Part shown: positions 13,208 to 26,400 of the stretch, piece by piece
How positions within the stretch are numbered: the stretch's first letter is position 1
Layout of the letters: each line of letters starts with the position of its first letter
NCBI GenBank assembly: GCA_028534125.1
Contig: CM052817.1
Coordinates: 14,696,001-14,760,000, forward strand
Length of the DNA stretch: 64,000 nucleotides
Direction of reading: 5' to 3'
Source of the DNA: Lama glama
Lineage: Eukaryota
Notes under the pieces: generated by a model
What the model saw: only the letters and a program-made list of their open reading frames with translations
Told to the model about the DNA's origin: nothing
The model's database searches: none
Program-made: the position numbers and the translations under genes

Positions 13208-14450
13208 CTACACAGTCGTTTCGTGTTTCCATAATCCAGTTCTGACATTGCCAGTGCTGTCCGTACCCAGCAGGGGTCCGTCCTGCCCGTTGCTTTTGAC
13301 TGGGCCGTTCTGAATGGCCAAGTTGAGGCCATAAGACTTCTGCTGACCTTCCAGCTCAACCACAGTTGGCTTCCTTGGCGCATCTTTTTTACTGCTAGTG
13401 GAAACGGGCTTGTCAAAATTCCTGCCGCTTTTGGGAAGCGTGCTACCAGCATCACTGCTGTCTTGCTGGGGTGGGTTGCACTGTCTCTCTCTGTAGGCCA
13501 AGTAAGCCCTTCGGCTCCGGGAGTGTCCTTCCCCGCCGGCCGGCCGGCTTTTGGGCAAGCCGTTCTGCACGCTGCCTTCCACGCTGGTGGGGACGTCGTA
13601 GGCGTACTCCCGCAGGACCGTCAGGCGGCTGGCCCGGTGCGCTTTGCTTCTGTTTTTATGGTGGCGGCCTGGGTGCACGTTCGTTCGAAACTGCACTTCT
13701 AGGGGCGCCACGTGCATTTTAATATCGTTGTCCATCGAGTGTTCCGTCAGACTGTTGTCCAGCTGAGGCGTGGCGTTCAAGGGCAGGGAGTTGGTTTGGC
13801 ACTGAGCCGCAGCCGCCTGCAGGTTCGTTAGTTTGCAGCCCTGGGAGGAGTTTTTGAAGCTCGACGCACTCTTGTTGGTGCAGGAAGACTCCGCGCTGCT
13901 GTTGGTGCACTTGGGAGCCTCCCCGCTCGGCCCACTGGAGCTGGGGGGCTGCACGTTGACCTGGACTGAGTACGAGCTGCGGCCCGGGCAGCAAGTCATG
14001 ATCCACGCGAGCCGGACGTCCTCGCGACTGACACAGTGGTGAACCACGACGAACGCACTGAGGCTCAGACACGTGGCTCCAAAGAAGAAGCTGAAAACCA
14101 GGTCCAAAGGGTAATACAGAGAGACAGCCAAGGCCCCAAACAGCCACAAAGCCACATACGAGAGCAAAGTAAGGCTGGCCCCCAAGAGTTGAGCATGGAA
14201 AGTGTGCTCATTTTCCAAGGCTGATGTCGAAATCAGGGACAGGGACATGGAGTCCTGATGACTGACTTCGCCATTCTCGTTGGCGGCCAGCCTCTGCTGC
14301 TCCTCCGTGGGCTCCTTCAGCTCGTATTTCCGCTCAGGGTGTCTTTTCAACTGAATAAATATGCTCAGAAAGTACATACAGTTCACGAAAGTGATGAAGC
14401 TGGCAGGGCCGTAGAAGGCTCCTAAGGAGGGTTCCCACGCCATCCAGCAA
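13208..14450 (-). CDS. ADGRA3: ADGRA3 terminal exon ~19, coding part (TM5-7, cytoplasmic tail, PDZ-binding ETTV)
   Basis: tttcctag|T TGC TGG ATG GCG TGG...; contains the 411-aa ORF ending [12 protein letters not shown]. Confidence 0.98.
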
Positions 14451-17400
14451 CTAGGAAAAGAAAACAGGGAACCAGCTCAGATGCTACACATGTCAGCAAA
14501 GTGCTGAAGAAACTGCAGGAAACTTTAGTGCCTGGGAAACAGTTAAAAGAGAAGCAACTGACTCAGGTACACAGAGAACGCTGAATACTCACTAGGGTGC
14601 GTTTGGCCGACTGCCGTAATTCTTGATGTTCGCGGCCGCTGTAATGCCGCAGACTATGATGGGTATCCCGCCGCCGATCAGGTAAAACCTAGGAGGAGGA
14701 ATGACGGAAGTAACAGCTCATCGTTCCAATTTATTAAGGTGTATACGTCGCAGTTTCTCAGTACTGCAAAAGCTATTTATTCCTGAAAGATTCATTACTA
14801 TTTCTATTCAAATAACACAACAAAGGCTAACTTTTGGAGGCTGCTTTGCTAACTATAACATTTAAAACAATTTTTAAACTTACGTTGGATTTCTTTTTTA
14901 AAGCATAAAGTCTACAGTTTCTGAGTTTAGGAAAGCTGATCAGCTTCTGCCACCTTGTGGACAGGCGAAGGAACAGCTTCTGCAAGTAGGGGTTTTAGTT
15001 TAAACTTTTTTTCTGCTCAGGGAGGGGGGAAATGGGCTTCTTGCAGATGCAGCTGATAAACCAGAGAAGTAGTCCATTACAAAACGACTTTAAGCTCTCA
15101 CTGTGCCACAGCTGAGACTAAATATGCAATGGCGTTATTTATGTATTAATGTCCGGCTACACCGGCTTATTCCAGGATGTCCTACCGCTGTTCTGTGTCT
15201 GTTTACCCTCAGGAACTGGGGGCTGGGTAGTGGGGAGAGAGGTTACCCGGATCCCAGCAGCTCCCTGCAGCTCCCAGGCCCTTCCTGACCCCTTTCCCCT
15301 AGACCAGCAGTGGGGTGGGACCTGAGGGAAACAGAGTGGTGGCTGGTCCTATGGGGGGGAAAAAAAAACCTTTTTTTTTTGGCTGCAGCTGCTTTGAGGT
15401 CTCTGGCAAGAGGAAAGGGGAACTTTCTACCCTGGCTAGTTACTATGGGGTAGAGTCCATCTTCATTCTGCATTTGCCAGTTACAGAGACAAAGTCCAAG
15501 TGCTGAATTGGCTGGATACAGGCAATATTCATAACACACCTTTCCACACATTTTTTTCTTAAGTCATGTTCACGGTACTAAAATCCTTTAATATGATGTT
15601 ATTGCTTTAAAAGACAGCTAATGACCCTGTAACACCACAGGCCTGTCTTGTATCTCAGATTAACAGGAGGCCAACATACGTGATGCTTCCCTTCCTCCTG
15701 CTAGACTAATTCGTAGCTGCGTCCTACCTGGAAAGGTATCATTTCACCCAAATTCATCTTGGGCTCCGCACTCCTCCGTCACTCCTCCCCGGCCCCTCCT
15801 CCGGGACTGCCTGTTATTAACCCTTATTTTTCAGCTTTCATCTACTTCCCCACTGCTTCTGACTTTCAGCCTACAAATATGTTCCCATTCTCCCCATCTT
15901 CTGAAACCTTCCTTCAACTATCACCTACTTTCCTTCCCCTTCGGTGACAAACTCCTGGAAACACCAGCACCATCACCTGCCTCGCCTTTACCAGGTTATT
16001 GTGAGGTGAGGCTGCTTCCAGCTCCCGTGCTCCTGAAACTGCCCTCTCTGGGGCCAGCAGAGACTCAAGGAAGGGCCCCTGCCAACCCTCCAGGTATCCC
16101 TGATGCGAGAGGTTCCTTAAGCTCAGGGACACGGGGGAGGGAGGGCGCCCTAAAGGGCGAACCTGCACTGTCTAAAGCGGGTCACTGGGAACTGCATACG
16201 GTCTGGAGCCCAAGCTGACTTTCACTAATTTTGTGGTTTTAATCATCACCTAACAGAAAGGAACAGCTGCATGAGGGTTGGATTTCCAAGTCTCTAGGCC
16301 AAACCATCTCTTGGTTCCTTTCACCACTGACAGAGGTGTCATATCTCCTCCTGTAATCTGACTGTGGCCGAGTGCTCCAGGGAACCACTCTCCACTGAAT
16401 CTCTAATGTTCTCTTTCAAATCTCTTTATTTGCTATGGCCCATCTATGCGACACTGGTATGGCCCAGGGATCACTCTTAAATAACTTCCCCTGGGAGAGC
16501 TTGTTCATTATCATGGCTTCAAGGAACACAAGTGAAAAAGTCTCCTGTCTCGTCCAGAGAACGGGTAGCTCGCCCTCTCTGCTGAGCATCAGGCTGCCAA
16601 CATGTAAACTTTCCACAACAAAGTACTGGCGAGCCTGCCTCCCCTGTGCTTACTCGCCCGGAGCCCACCCCGCCCCATCTTCTTTTCCTCTATGCTTTTC
16701 TCAGTGGATAGAAGCACCGTCTGCAGAGGGGCCCTAGCTAACTAGAGCAGACAGTCTGCAGCCGCCTTCGAATTCTCTCCCATGTCTCTTAAAGCCAGCA
16801 GGTCAGCCACCGGAGAGAAACCGTCTCAAGTCTCTGACCCTGTATCCCCTCTATTCTTTATGCCCCTGTTCTGCTTTCATTCCTCACAGGGGACCATCAG
16901 TGACCTCCACAGAATTATTCTTATATGCCCCCTACTCTTGGGTATTCCAATTTATAGCTCTCATTTTTTTAATTGATGTATAGTCAACTTACAATGTTGT
17001 GTCAATTTCTGGTGTACAGAATAGTGATTCAGTTTTATATATATATATATCCCTTTTCATATTCTTTTTCATTATAGGCTATTACAAAGTACTGAATATA
17101 GTTCCCTGCACTATACAGTAGGACCTTCTTATGTATCTATTTTCTATATATATACAGCCCACATTATAATGCAGCCTCCCAAGGCCCCAAAATCACCTTT
17201 CACCCTGAATTTCTGCTACTCTTACTCTTAGGTTGTAGCCACAGCCAAAATGCATTTCTCCAAGCGCACTCAGCTCAGCACATAACCCCGTCCCTGGAGT
17301 GCTACCTCTGCCTTTTACACTGGTCATCAAGCAGTTCCTAGGAACCCCCCATCGCCCCCCCAGAATGGATGGCTCCTCCACTGGTGCTTTCACCCAACGC

Positions 17401-20400
17401 AGCCGCACAACAGCTCGTACCCAGCTGCAGTCAGCTCTTCATACCCTGGCTTGTAAAGCCCTCAAGGACGCAGGTCTGCCTTCAGTCCCTGCCCTAGTGC
17501 CAGGTACACACCCAGCGTTCAACACAAGAGACACTGATCCATTTCTACTCATCCAGCACAATTATCCACTGACGACTGTTAAAATTATAATGCTAGGAAC
17601 AGCATGACCCCAAAACTGTTTTGTCTTTTGTAGAGAATAACTACACTGAGCAGATTAGTATCTATCACATGACCTCAAGGAAATTACAGTTATTTTCACA
17701 GAGCCTATTCTATGGCCAGCACCATCTTAGCTGCTTTATACCCTATGTCACTTATTCCTCACCACAACTCTATGAAGAAGAATCATTCCCACTTTGTAGA
17801 TGAGTCAGGCACCGAGAGGATACAAAACTTCAAGAACACTATCAGCCGGCAGGGTGCACAGCCAGTGGTCAAAACCAGGAGGCCCGGCTTACAAGCCCAT
17901 TCTTTTGTTTTCTAAAATTCCCTCAGCAATTTTTTGTTACGACCATGCTTCATTAAATGTAATATCTGACGAACGTTTAACATAAGACAGTACATGATGG
18001 TATCAGATACCTGAGCATCGGTCTTGGTGGAGGTGGCAGTTCATCAGGATCCTGGCATCTCTTAGCCTTTTTAGTGACTTGTTTATAGATATTTCGAGCT
18101 GTCACTCCCACCCATAGTACTGTAGCAAGGGTGGAATAATGAAGAATTATTCCAACCTAGAAAGAAGATTGAAGAATATGTAAACTAAGAGGGGGAAAAA
18201 CAATTACCCTTTACAGTCATCAAGTGTAGTAGCTGCCAGTAAGCTTTATCAGAAAGACTGGGAAGTTACTTTCAAAAATCTGATTCAAAAACAGTATGGA
18301 GGTGTATTCTCATGATCAACTCCTCCGCCTGCTAATGAAACACAGAAAGCCGTCTAACAGGCGTGCAAACAGACAAGCAGGTCCTCTTAACAGACTAGCC
18401 GACAGCTGGATCCAGGAGGCCCACGGACTACAACTTACACCGAGATGACTCAATACACCACAGAATTCGCTTTGAAAAATAATAAACCAAAGGCATTTTT
18501 CTCCAAGATGCTATGCTATAAATTAGAGTTGAGTTCCTCCTTTTAAGGAGGAATGTAGAGGTCAAGGGTGACTGGGGTGTGAAAGTCACAGCACACAGAG
18601 GATAAGCTTTAGAGTCAAAGACCTGAACAGTTCTAATTCAGAGCTTTCACGTACTGAAATGGTAAGCGAGTCACATAACAGATTGGTGATTAAATGAGTG
18701 AGCTATGGAGTCAGCCATTTTGCCTGGTTTTAAAATTGGAATCCACCCCTTGTGATACCTGAGCAAACCTGCATAGCATCTCAGGCACTGCCTTCCTTAG
18801 GTGTAAACTGAGAAGAATGTGAAACCATCGTTGAGGTTTTCAATAAGATCGTCTATATAAAGTATTTAGCACATTGCCTGGTACGTGATAAGCAATTAAT
18901 TGAAAAATATAGCAATACTTTTATTATTACTTATTAGGAGTATGGTTTTAAGGAAACAGTGTCAACCTTTCTGAAATTAATGTTCCTCATTTGCCTAGTG
19001 GATTATCAACCATCTCCTGTGATTTTTGTAGGGACTGAATGGACACAATACCTGGGACATAATAAGTGCTTGATTAACGATGGTTAACTGCAATACACAT
19101 AAATGGTCACACCGAGTTTCCTCCTGGAGGGGTGATGGGGGCATGTTTATCATGTGATTTCTGTTTGAAGCAACACCAGTTAAAGATAAAATTCCAGATG
19201 AAGGCAAGCAGTGGGCAAAGAGACATTTAAAATTTATTTTAAGAAAAAATAAATACCTGTGTGTCATCAAGGGTATAACTTAGCTTTCTTATCTAATTAT
19301 TATCTTCTTATTGTTTCTTATACAATTATCACAGGTAAACTCCTATTAATAGAAATGTCCAAGAAAAAAGAAATATCATTCTAAAAGGATGGCTCTCCAA
19401 TCTCAAGAAAATGAAATGGACTGACATTATCAAACGTACGTCAGTCACAGAAGCATTCAGACTGCTGCCAGAGGTTCATCTTAATGAGAGCCAATCTGCA
19501 GTTCAACTTAGTGACATGAAGGCACAGGGATTACTTTGCAAGGCAGAAAGCTAGGGTGGCCATGGTCCCTGCAATGACTGGAAGCGCTAGGAGGCTGGAT
19601 CCAGCCTGGCCAAACCAGAGCAGTCAGTTTTCTTCTTCTTAGGAAGAAAAGTGGCTCCTTGGTTCCCGCTAGGTCTTGCTGACTGCACTAGAAAAGCAAA
19701 ATTTACAGATGTTTAAGTGGAACAGAAAGCATAAAATAACCCTTTGAGCTATCCAGTGTCACACCGAATACTGTAAATAAAAATAGTATAATTGGATTTG
19801 GTGCACAGAAACCAAAACATTCAAAACAAATCACTGCTATTGACTCAAAATGGCAGGCTCTGCGGTTCCTGGAGTTCTCTCTAACGCAGAGGTCAAAAGT
19901 CAGAGGTCAAAAGAACAAGACGGGGTTGCAAATGAGTTTAAAAACAGAAGCTGAAAATACTCTGAACGCAGGAGGTGCAAGGTGGAGAATTTTCTTGTTT
20001 TGGATCCAAGTAAAATTCAACCTTTAGATTCTGAAGTGTTTTCCATGGCATTTCAAAACTCGCAGAGAAGTATTCACACTTGAAAAACACTGAAGCCCGC
20101 TAGTTAGACAATTATTACCAATCGTGGAATTTTAGGAGTCTGATGTCACCTGGTAACAGTCACCCAGGCAAGTCACCAAATATTCCACAAGAGCCAGAAT
20201 AAAGGAGGCCCTGAGGTCTAGTAGTGAGGGTGCTCCTGTATTTTGGAATGAGGTTCTTCCTATTTTATTCTCCAGCAGACACTTGGGCTATACATGAAAT
20301 ACAGCCTCACTGTCACAATGTCTTCCAAATAAATCAGAAATACACGTGGGAAGTTTGTAAATAAGTAAGATAATTCCTAAGACAAGGAAATAATTTATTA

Positions 20401-23400
20401 AATGCAACGATTGTAACTTAAGAAAGTCACCTTACCTTAGACATCAATTTCCAAAGCTGCAAAATGGATTCAAAATAATGATCCTAAGGAGTTCTACTTA
20501 CACGTTACCTAACCACACACAGTCACATACCAGAGACTAGGCATTATGACGATTGGATTTTTAACTACCAGTAAACCTACAATAGTGCAGCATTCACATC
20601 AAAGTGTTTAAAAAATGATCTTTAACACTCCCATAATCATATATGCATACAAAAAATCATACAAAAGCTTCCACTGCTGAATGCCTGTGATGGACCCCAA
20701 AATGGATAACACAGTTTTGTACGTGCTTCCATTTTAGCCTCTTAGCATCACCATCTGGTTAGTGTTACAGTAGAGGAGACTTAAGCTGGAGGTCCACCAA
20801 AGGTCACATGGTCAGTGGCAGGGCTGCAACTCAAACCCAAAGCCTGTGACACTTCTATTATGCCCTGCTGGTCCTCGCTAAACAGCAAAGCACCGTTACT
20901 CGGGAGGGCTGGAGAGGAACACTTAAGAGTCAAAAGAGATTGGCATTTGAATCATGCATCTGCCACCCAAAGACCCGAGTGATTTGGGGCAAGTTATTTC
21001 AACTCTCTAAGACTCAATTTCTGTACTTATAAAATATATGAGTAAGAAATACCTCCTAGGGTTAATATGAAAGTTAACACACTTGCAGTAGTTGCCAAGT
21101 AGAAAGCTCTTCATATCCATGGATTGAATCTTTCCCAATGCATCTCACGTGCCCCTGCAGCAGGCCCCTGGATAACAGAGGACACCTGAGAAAGTCACCG
21201 GGCACTACATTTACTAAATTCAATCACGGAGTGGTAGAGCAACAAGGTAACTTAAGTAAGATGAGCCAAATCCCATCACTGCATAGCTAAGGAAACCAAG
21301 ACCCAGAAAATTAACAATCAATTACTTGGCAGCACGTGACCTAGAATCCAGATCCCTTCCAACCTTGAGTCAACACCCCTTCTCCTCTGTCACCCAGCTT
21401 CTCAGTTCTCCTCTGGCTCCTTTTGCAAAAGGGAGTGAAAGGCTACAGAATGCAGCCATGGTACCACCTGGAACGGACGACGAAACAAGCACAGTGGGCA
21501 GGACCTGGCTGGTGGGGTCTTTAATAACCTCCACCAGTCACTGCAGGGTGGGAACCTGCTCACACTTTTCCTAAAATACGTGAGCCCTAACAGCAAGGTT
21601 ATGTCACACCGATCATGTGCACTTAAAAACTGCATGTAAAATATGCACACTTCAAGGTTCAGTTTTAGAAATGGAAGAACAGCCCATCCCATTATTTATA
21701 AAAGAAACAGTAAGCCCCTAGTAGGTTAAATGGCTAGTCATATGGGCTGTTCCGGCAGACCCTGCTGGCTGCTAACTGAATTAAGTAAGAAGCAAGTTAT
21801 GTCTGAGTCAGAGATAACAAGAATGATGTTATGTCTTCCACAGGGGAAGGAAAGAACACGGTCAAAAAAAAAAAAAAACAAAAACAAAAACAGAAGAAAA
21901 CAACATACAAAAACATCTAGAGACCTGCCCGCCCCACTCTCTGGGCAAATCTTTAACTAACAGATACTCGTTCTTGAGGTCCTGAAAACTCAGTGCAATT
22001 CTTGTCCTTTTCATTCTAGAAATGGCATAAAATACCATTCAGGATGATGAAAGGCAGTCATCTTTACTATGGCCTCTTTCTATTCATTTCCTTAGTGAAA
22101 TAAATTTATGTGCCTACTCTAAGGAATCAATGAATATTTTTAGACAGAATTGAGACGATTACTACCATTGTGTCCTGGGTATGCTCTTAATAGTCTACGC
22201 TCAAAAAATGGCTCCAGGGTTGAATGATTTCTGCTATTTGCAACAGAGGCCTTTTTTGTTCATTTACCCAATATTTGCTGAGCACCTACTATGTGTCAGG
22301 CCTTGTACTGATCCCTGGATAAACATTGGTGAATCAGATCAATATAATTCCTGTCCTTGTGCAGAGTTCAGGGACAATAAACAGTAAATGACAGTCAATT
22401 ACAAAGTTTTGAAGGTACCATGGAATTTTAATAAGCACCACAGGATAATGAGGGGAGGGGAGGGGAGGGAAGGGGAGGAACTGTTTCTCTGAAACCGTAA
22501 CAGTAAACTGAGACCATGTGAAGAAGGGGCGAAAGGCTGAGAAAAGAGAAGCAGTATCTTGTGTACATCTGTTAAGCTGATTTTGTAGACTCCAAACCAG
22601 TTTGTTTTCAGATGTATAGTAACGGCCTAAATATTCTGCACAGTTAAGAGGTAACTGTGTCAATAACAGTAGCAGAAATAGCTAACGTTGTTGAGCGCTT
22701 ACTGTATGCCAGGTACCCTGGAGTCATTTAATCCTCTCAACAATTCTTAAATACACACACACGTATTTTAAACTGGATCTCCTGAATACAATATTGGATT
22801 GATCCTCAGCCTTAGGTTAATGACATACTGTAATGATTGGCCCAAGCACAGACTATCTTTATTTAGCTATTTAATAAGTTTTTGTTAACAATAAGTGTCC
22901 AAGAATCTATCGATAAGACAGAAGACCTTGACAAAAACCTTCATCAAACTTTAAGATCCCCGTCAGCCAAGATAATCATCATCCTATCTCCTGCACTGAT
23001 CATCTCTCTGCTTTCCTTTTTTACAGTTTTATTGCACCTGTATATTTTTGTGAAAAGTGTGCTGCTTCATTTCAGTTACGTTTATCTTTATAAAAAAAGC
23101 TAGCGGGGCAGGGTGGGGGTGGGGGGTGAATGTAATTTACAAGACTTATTTTTTTCACTTATATTCCTGGGACTGACTCGTACCACTGTGTATGCCTTGT
23201 TGTAATTCATCAATTTTGACTCTTGTATAATGCCACAGTTTACTCATTCACTCTCTCAGTGATGGGCATCTGGGTTGCTTCCAGGTTTCCGCTACTGTGC
23301 AGAGTGCTGCTATGAATATTCATAGGCACACGTCTGCTCCAGATGGGTAAGCTTGCTCCGAGCCCATGAGCAGGGCTGTGGGTCCCAGGGTATGTGAATG

Positions 23401-26400
23401 TTCAACTTTAGAAGGTAAAGCTTTGCAGAACCATCCACTTACATTCCCACCCACTATGTATAAAACACGTGGCTCCTCATGTTCTTCAATACTTGGCATT
23501 GCCAGGCTTAATTTTTGCTGCCAGAAAAGGCATAAAATGGTAACTATCTTAGTCTGCGAGTCCATGACCACCAACGCTGAACATCTCTTCAGGGGTCTAC
23601 AGGCCCCCTGGGTTTCCTCTGCTATGAAATGCTTGTCACCCTCACCACCAGAAGAAATTCTGGGCTGTCTGAGGCATTCTCACTGATTCTCACATGTTTT
23701 AATCTATGTGTTTATTCTAATGCTCTGTCAGTGGTTATGTATCGAGGATAGCTTCTTCTAACTTGGAACTTGCCTTTTCATTTCCTTAGCAATCTTAATT
23801 TTTAAAAAAAGATCTTACCTTTAATTTAGTCAAATATATCTCCTTCCTTTTCTAGCCAGTGCCTTTTAGTGTCATATTTAAGAAATCCCTCCTTATCCCA
23901 AGGATTATGATATTTTCTAATAAAAATTTTAACACTTTGGTTTGGACATCTGTTTAATCTACCCAGAGTTGACTGTTTTAATATGGCATGTGGGAGAGAT
24001 CCATTTTAATCTTTTTCCAAATGAATTTTCCCCAGTTCCCTTAGCTGTACAGTGGTCTCTCTCCACCCAGAGGATGAGACATGCGACCTCGGTCTTACAC
24101 CAAATCTCTGCGAGAGTCTGCTTCCAGACACGCTATTCTGTTGTGTTGGTCAATTTACCTATCCCTACACCAAATGCCACACTTTTAATTACAACAGCTT
24201 CCAAAGTTTGGATGATTAGAAATCTTCCCACTCTATCATTTTTCAGAAGCATTCTAGCTATCTTCGGCCCTTCTTTGCTTTCATATAAATTTAAAGGCCA
24301 TTTTATTGTGTTTCATGAAAAATTCCCTTACCTACAGATTAATTTAGGAAGAAATGGCCACCCTTCTGATTTTAATTCTTCCTATCCTTGGACACAGTGT
24401 ATCTTTCCACTTATTTAGGTCTTCTTTAAGACATATTAAATTTTTACCTGCAAATCGTGAACATTTTAAAATTATTTCTAAGTACTGGGTATTCTCAGAT
24501 ACTACATAAATGAGATCTTTCCATTCATTATTTTTTCTCATAGTTGCACTTCTGCATATTAGCAGCAAACTTCTGCATCTTAAACTACAGTCTAAACAAT
24601 GCTACATTCACTTTTGCTAAACTCTTCCTACTGTTTCTAACAATATATCTGTCAATTACTTCAGGTTTTTTAATATAATAATCACATCACCTGACAACTC
24701 AATTATTATTCCCAGTTTACAGGTAAGAAAACTGAGACACAGAACTGTTAAATATTGAAATCAAGATCTTGAAAGGATAATCGTCTTCCCATGTTCACTG
24801 CAGTGTTACAATAGCCAAAGGCTGGGAACAACGAGTGAATAAAGAAAATGTGGTGTACACACACAATAGAGTATTTATTCAGCCATAAATAAAAGAAGGA
24901 AATCCTGTCACATATTACAACGTGGATGACCCGTGAGGATATTACGCTAAATAAATACGTCAGTCGCAGAAGGACAAACACTGCATGATTCCACTTATAC
25001 GAGGTATTTAAGGAGTCGGGCTCACAGAAGCAGGGAATGGAGGCTGCTGGGGGCTGGGGCAGAGGGAGATGGGAGAGGGTGTGGCTTCAGTCATGTGAGA
25101 TGAAAATGTTCCAGAGATCTGCTGTGCAACATTATACTAGAGTTAACAACCATGCCACACACTTAAAACTTGGTGAAGGTAATTTCTTGTTATGTGTTCT
25201 TTTGCAATTAAAAAAAGTTAAATAAGTTGTCCATAAAAACACAGTAAATAAGACCGAGAGCCAAATCCATGCAGTCTGAACTCTTAATTACTGTGTGACA
25301 CTGCCTGCTGTATGTGTGAGGAAAACAATATGCAAATGAAGAAATAAAACTTTACATATTCCCTATTCATATATGGAACAGTATTTGATTTTTTATAGTG
25401 CAAGAATACTGTTCACTAAGGCTACACGTGCAGTAACTTATTTGAAATTAAATAGTTGACATTTTTAATTCATATTTACCACAAAGTTTCTCATTTTTCT
25501 TACAGTTAAATTTTTTTCTAATTCCTGTTGTTTTTATAAAAGGATAAAAAAGTTTTTAATATCCTACTGTCAGAAAATGTCACTTCTCTTTCAGCCAAAG
25601 ATTTCATAAATTTTTTAAAATTAATTATAATAGACATAACAAGTAGCACAAAATTCCCAAAAATAAAAAAAAAAGCCCTATTAAGTCATATATTCAGTTG
25701 TGAAATGATAATTCAAAACTTGAAATATACTGGGTAAAGTGTTTAAGTGACATTCAGTTTAAATTTAATTAGCTAAAGAAAAAACTTTAAAGAAACATTG
25801 CTTCCTTTATAGCAAATGAAACATATGAAATTACTTTCTATCAATGTATTTTTTTTTTCATTCCAGTTCTTCACTTTGACTTACTGCTTGGCAGACGCTG
25901 GCATTTCTAGTTTGGGTTATTCCTCCCACAAAGACCACACAGGTCAGGAAAATATGAAAGCACAAGTTCACAAGCATGTGCCAGCCTTTGAGACTGATTC
26001 TAATCAAGCTGTTAAAAGAAAAAGAGAAAAAATTAATATGCAGGTTAGTAAGTATGAAGCTGGACACTACAATATTCATCTCCACATTGACATTTCCAAC
26101 TCATAAAAGGCCAAATGTAAACGTCCACACATTTGATTTTAAAAACACACTATCAGACACACACACAGAGAACGTTTGAGAAATCACTCAACTCAATATA
26201 GTTTCTTAACATTTAACTTTATACAGTAAAAAAGACAAGTTAAAAGGAATGACTGGATGCACTAAAGGCAAAACAAATTCTCCATAATAAGAAATATGTG
26301 AGCTTTTGTTAGTTACAATGTCTTATGACAGATGGATTACTTGTTTGCTTTCTGGGAGGTTCTGTAAGATGCCAGTCTATATTTTTCCTGACCTACTAGG

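Noticed and set aside
15353..15382. G-run, A-run, CC, T-run resembling a hairpin terminator
   Set aside because: These are low-complexity homopolymers in a eukaryotic intron, where intrinsic terminators are not relevant.
23942..24418. 158-aa plus-strand ORF
   Set aside because: It lies antisense within a decayed L1, has a non-ATG start and resembles no protein I recognise.
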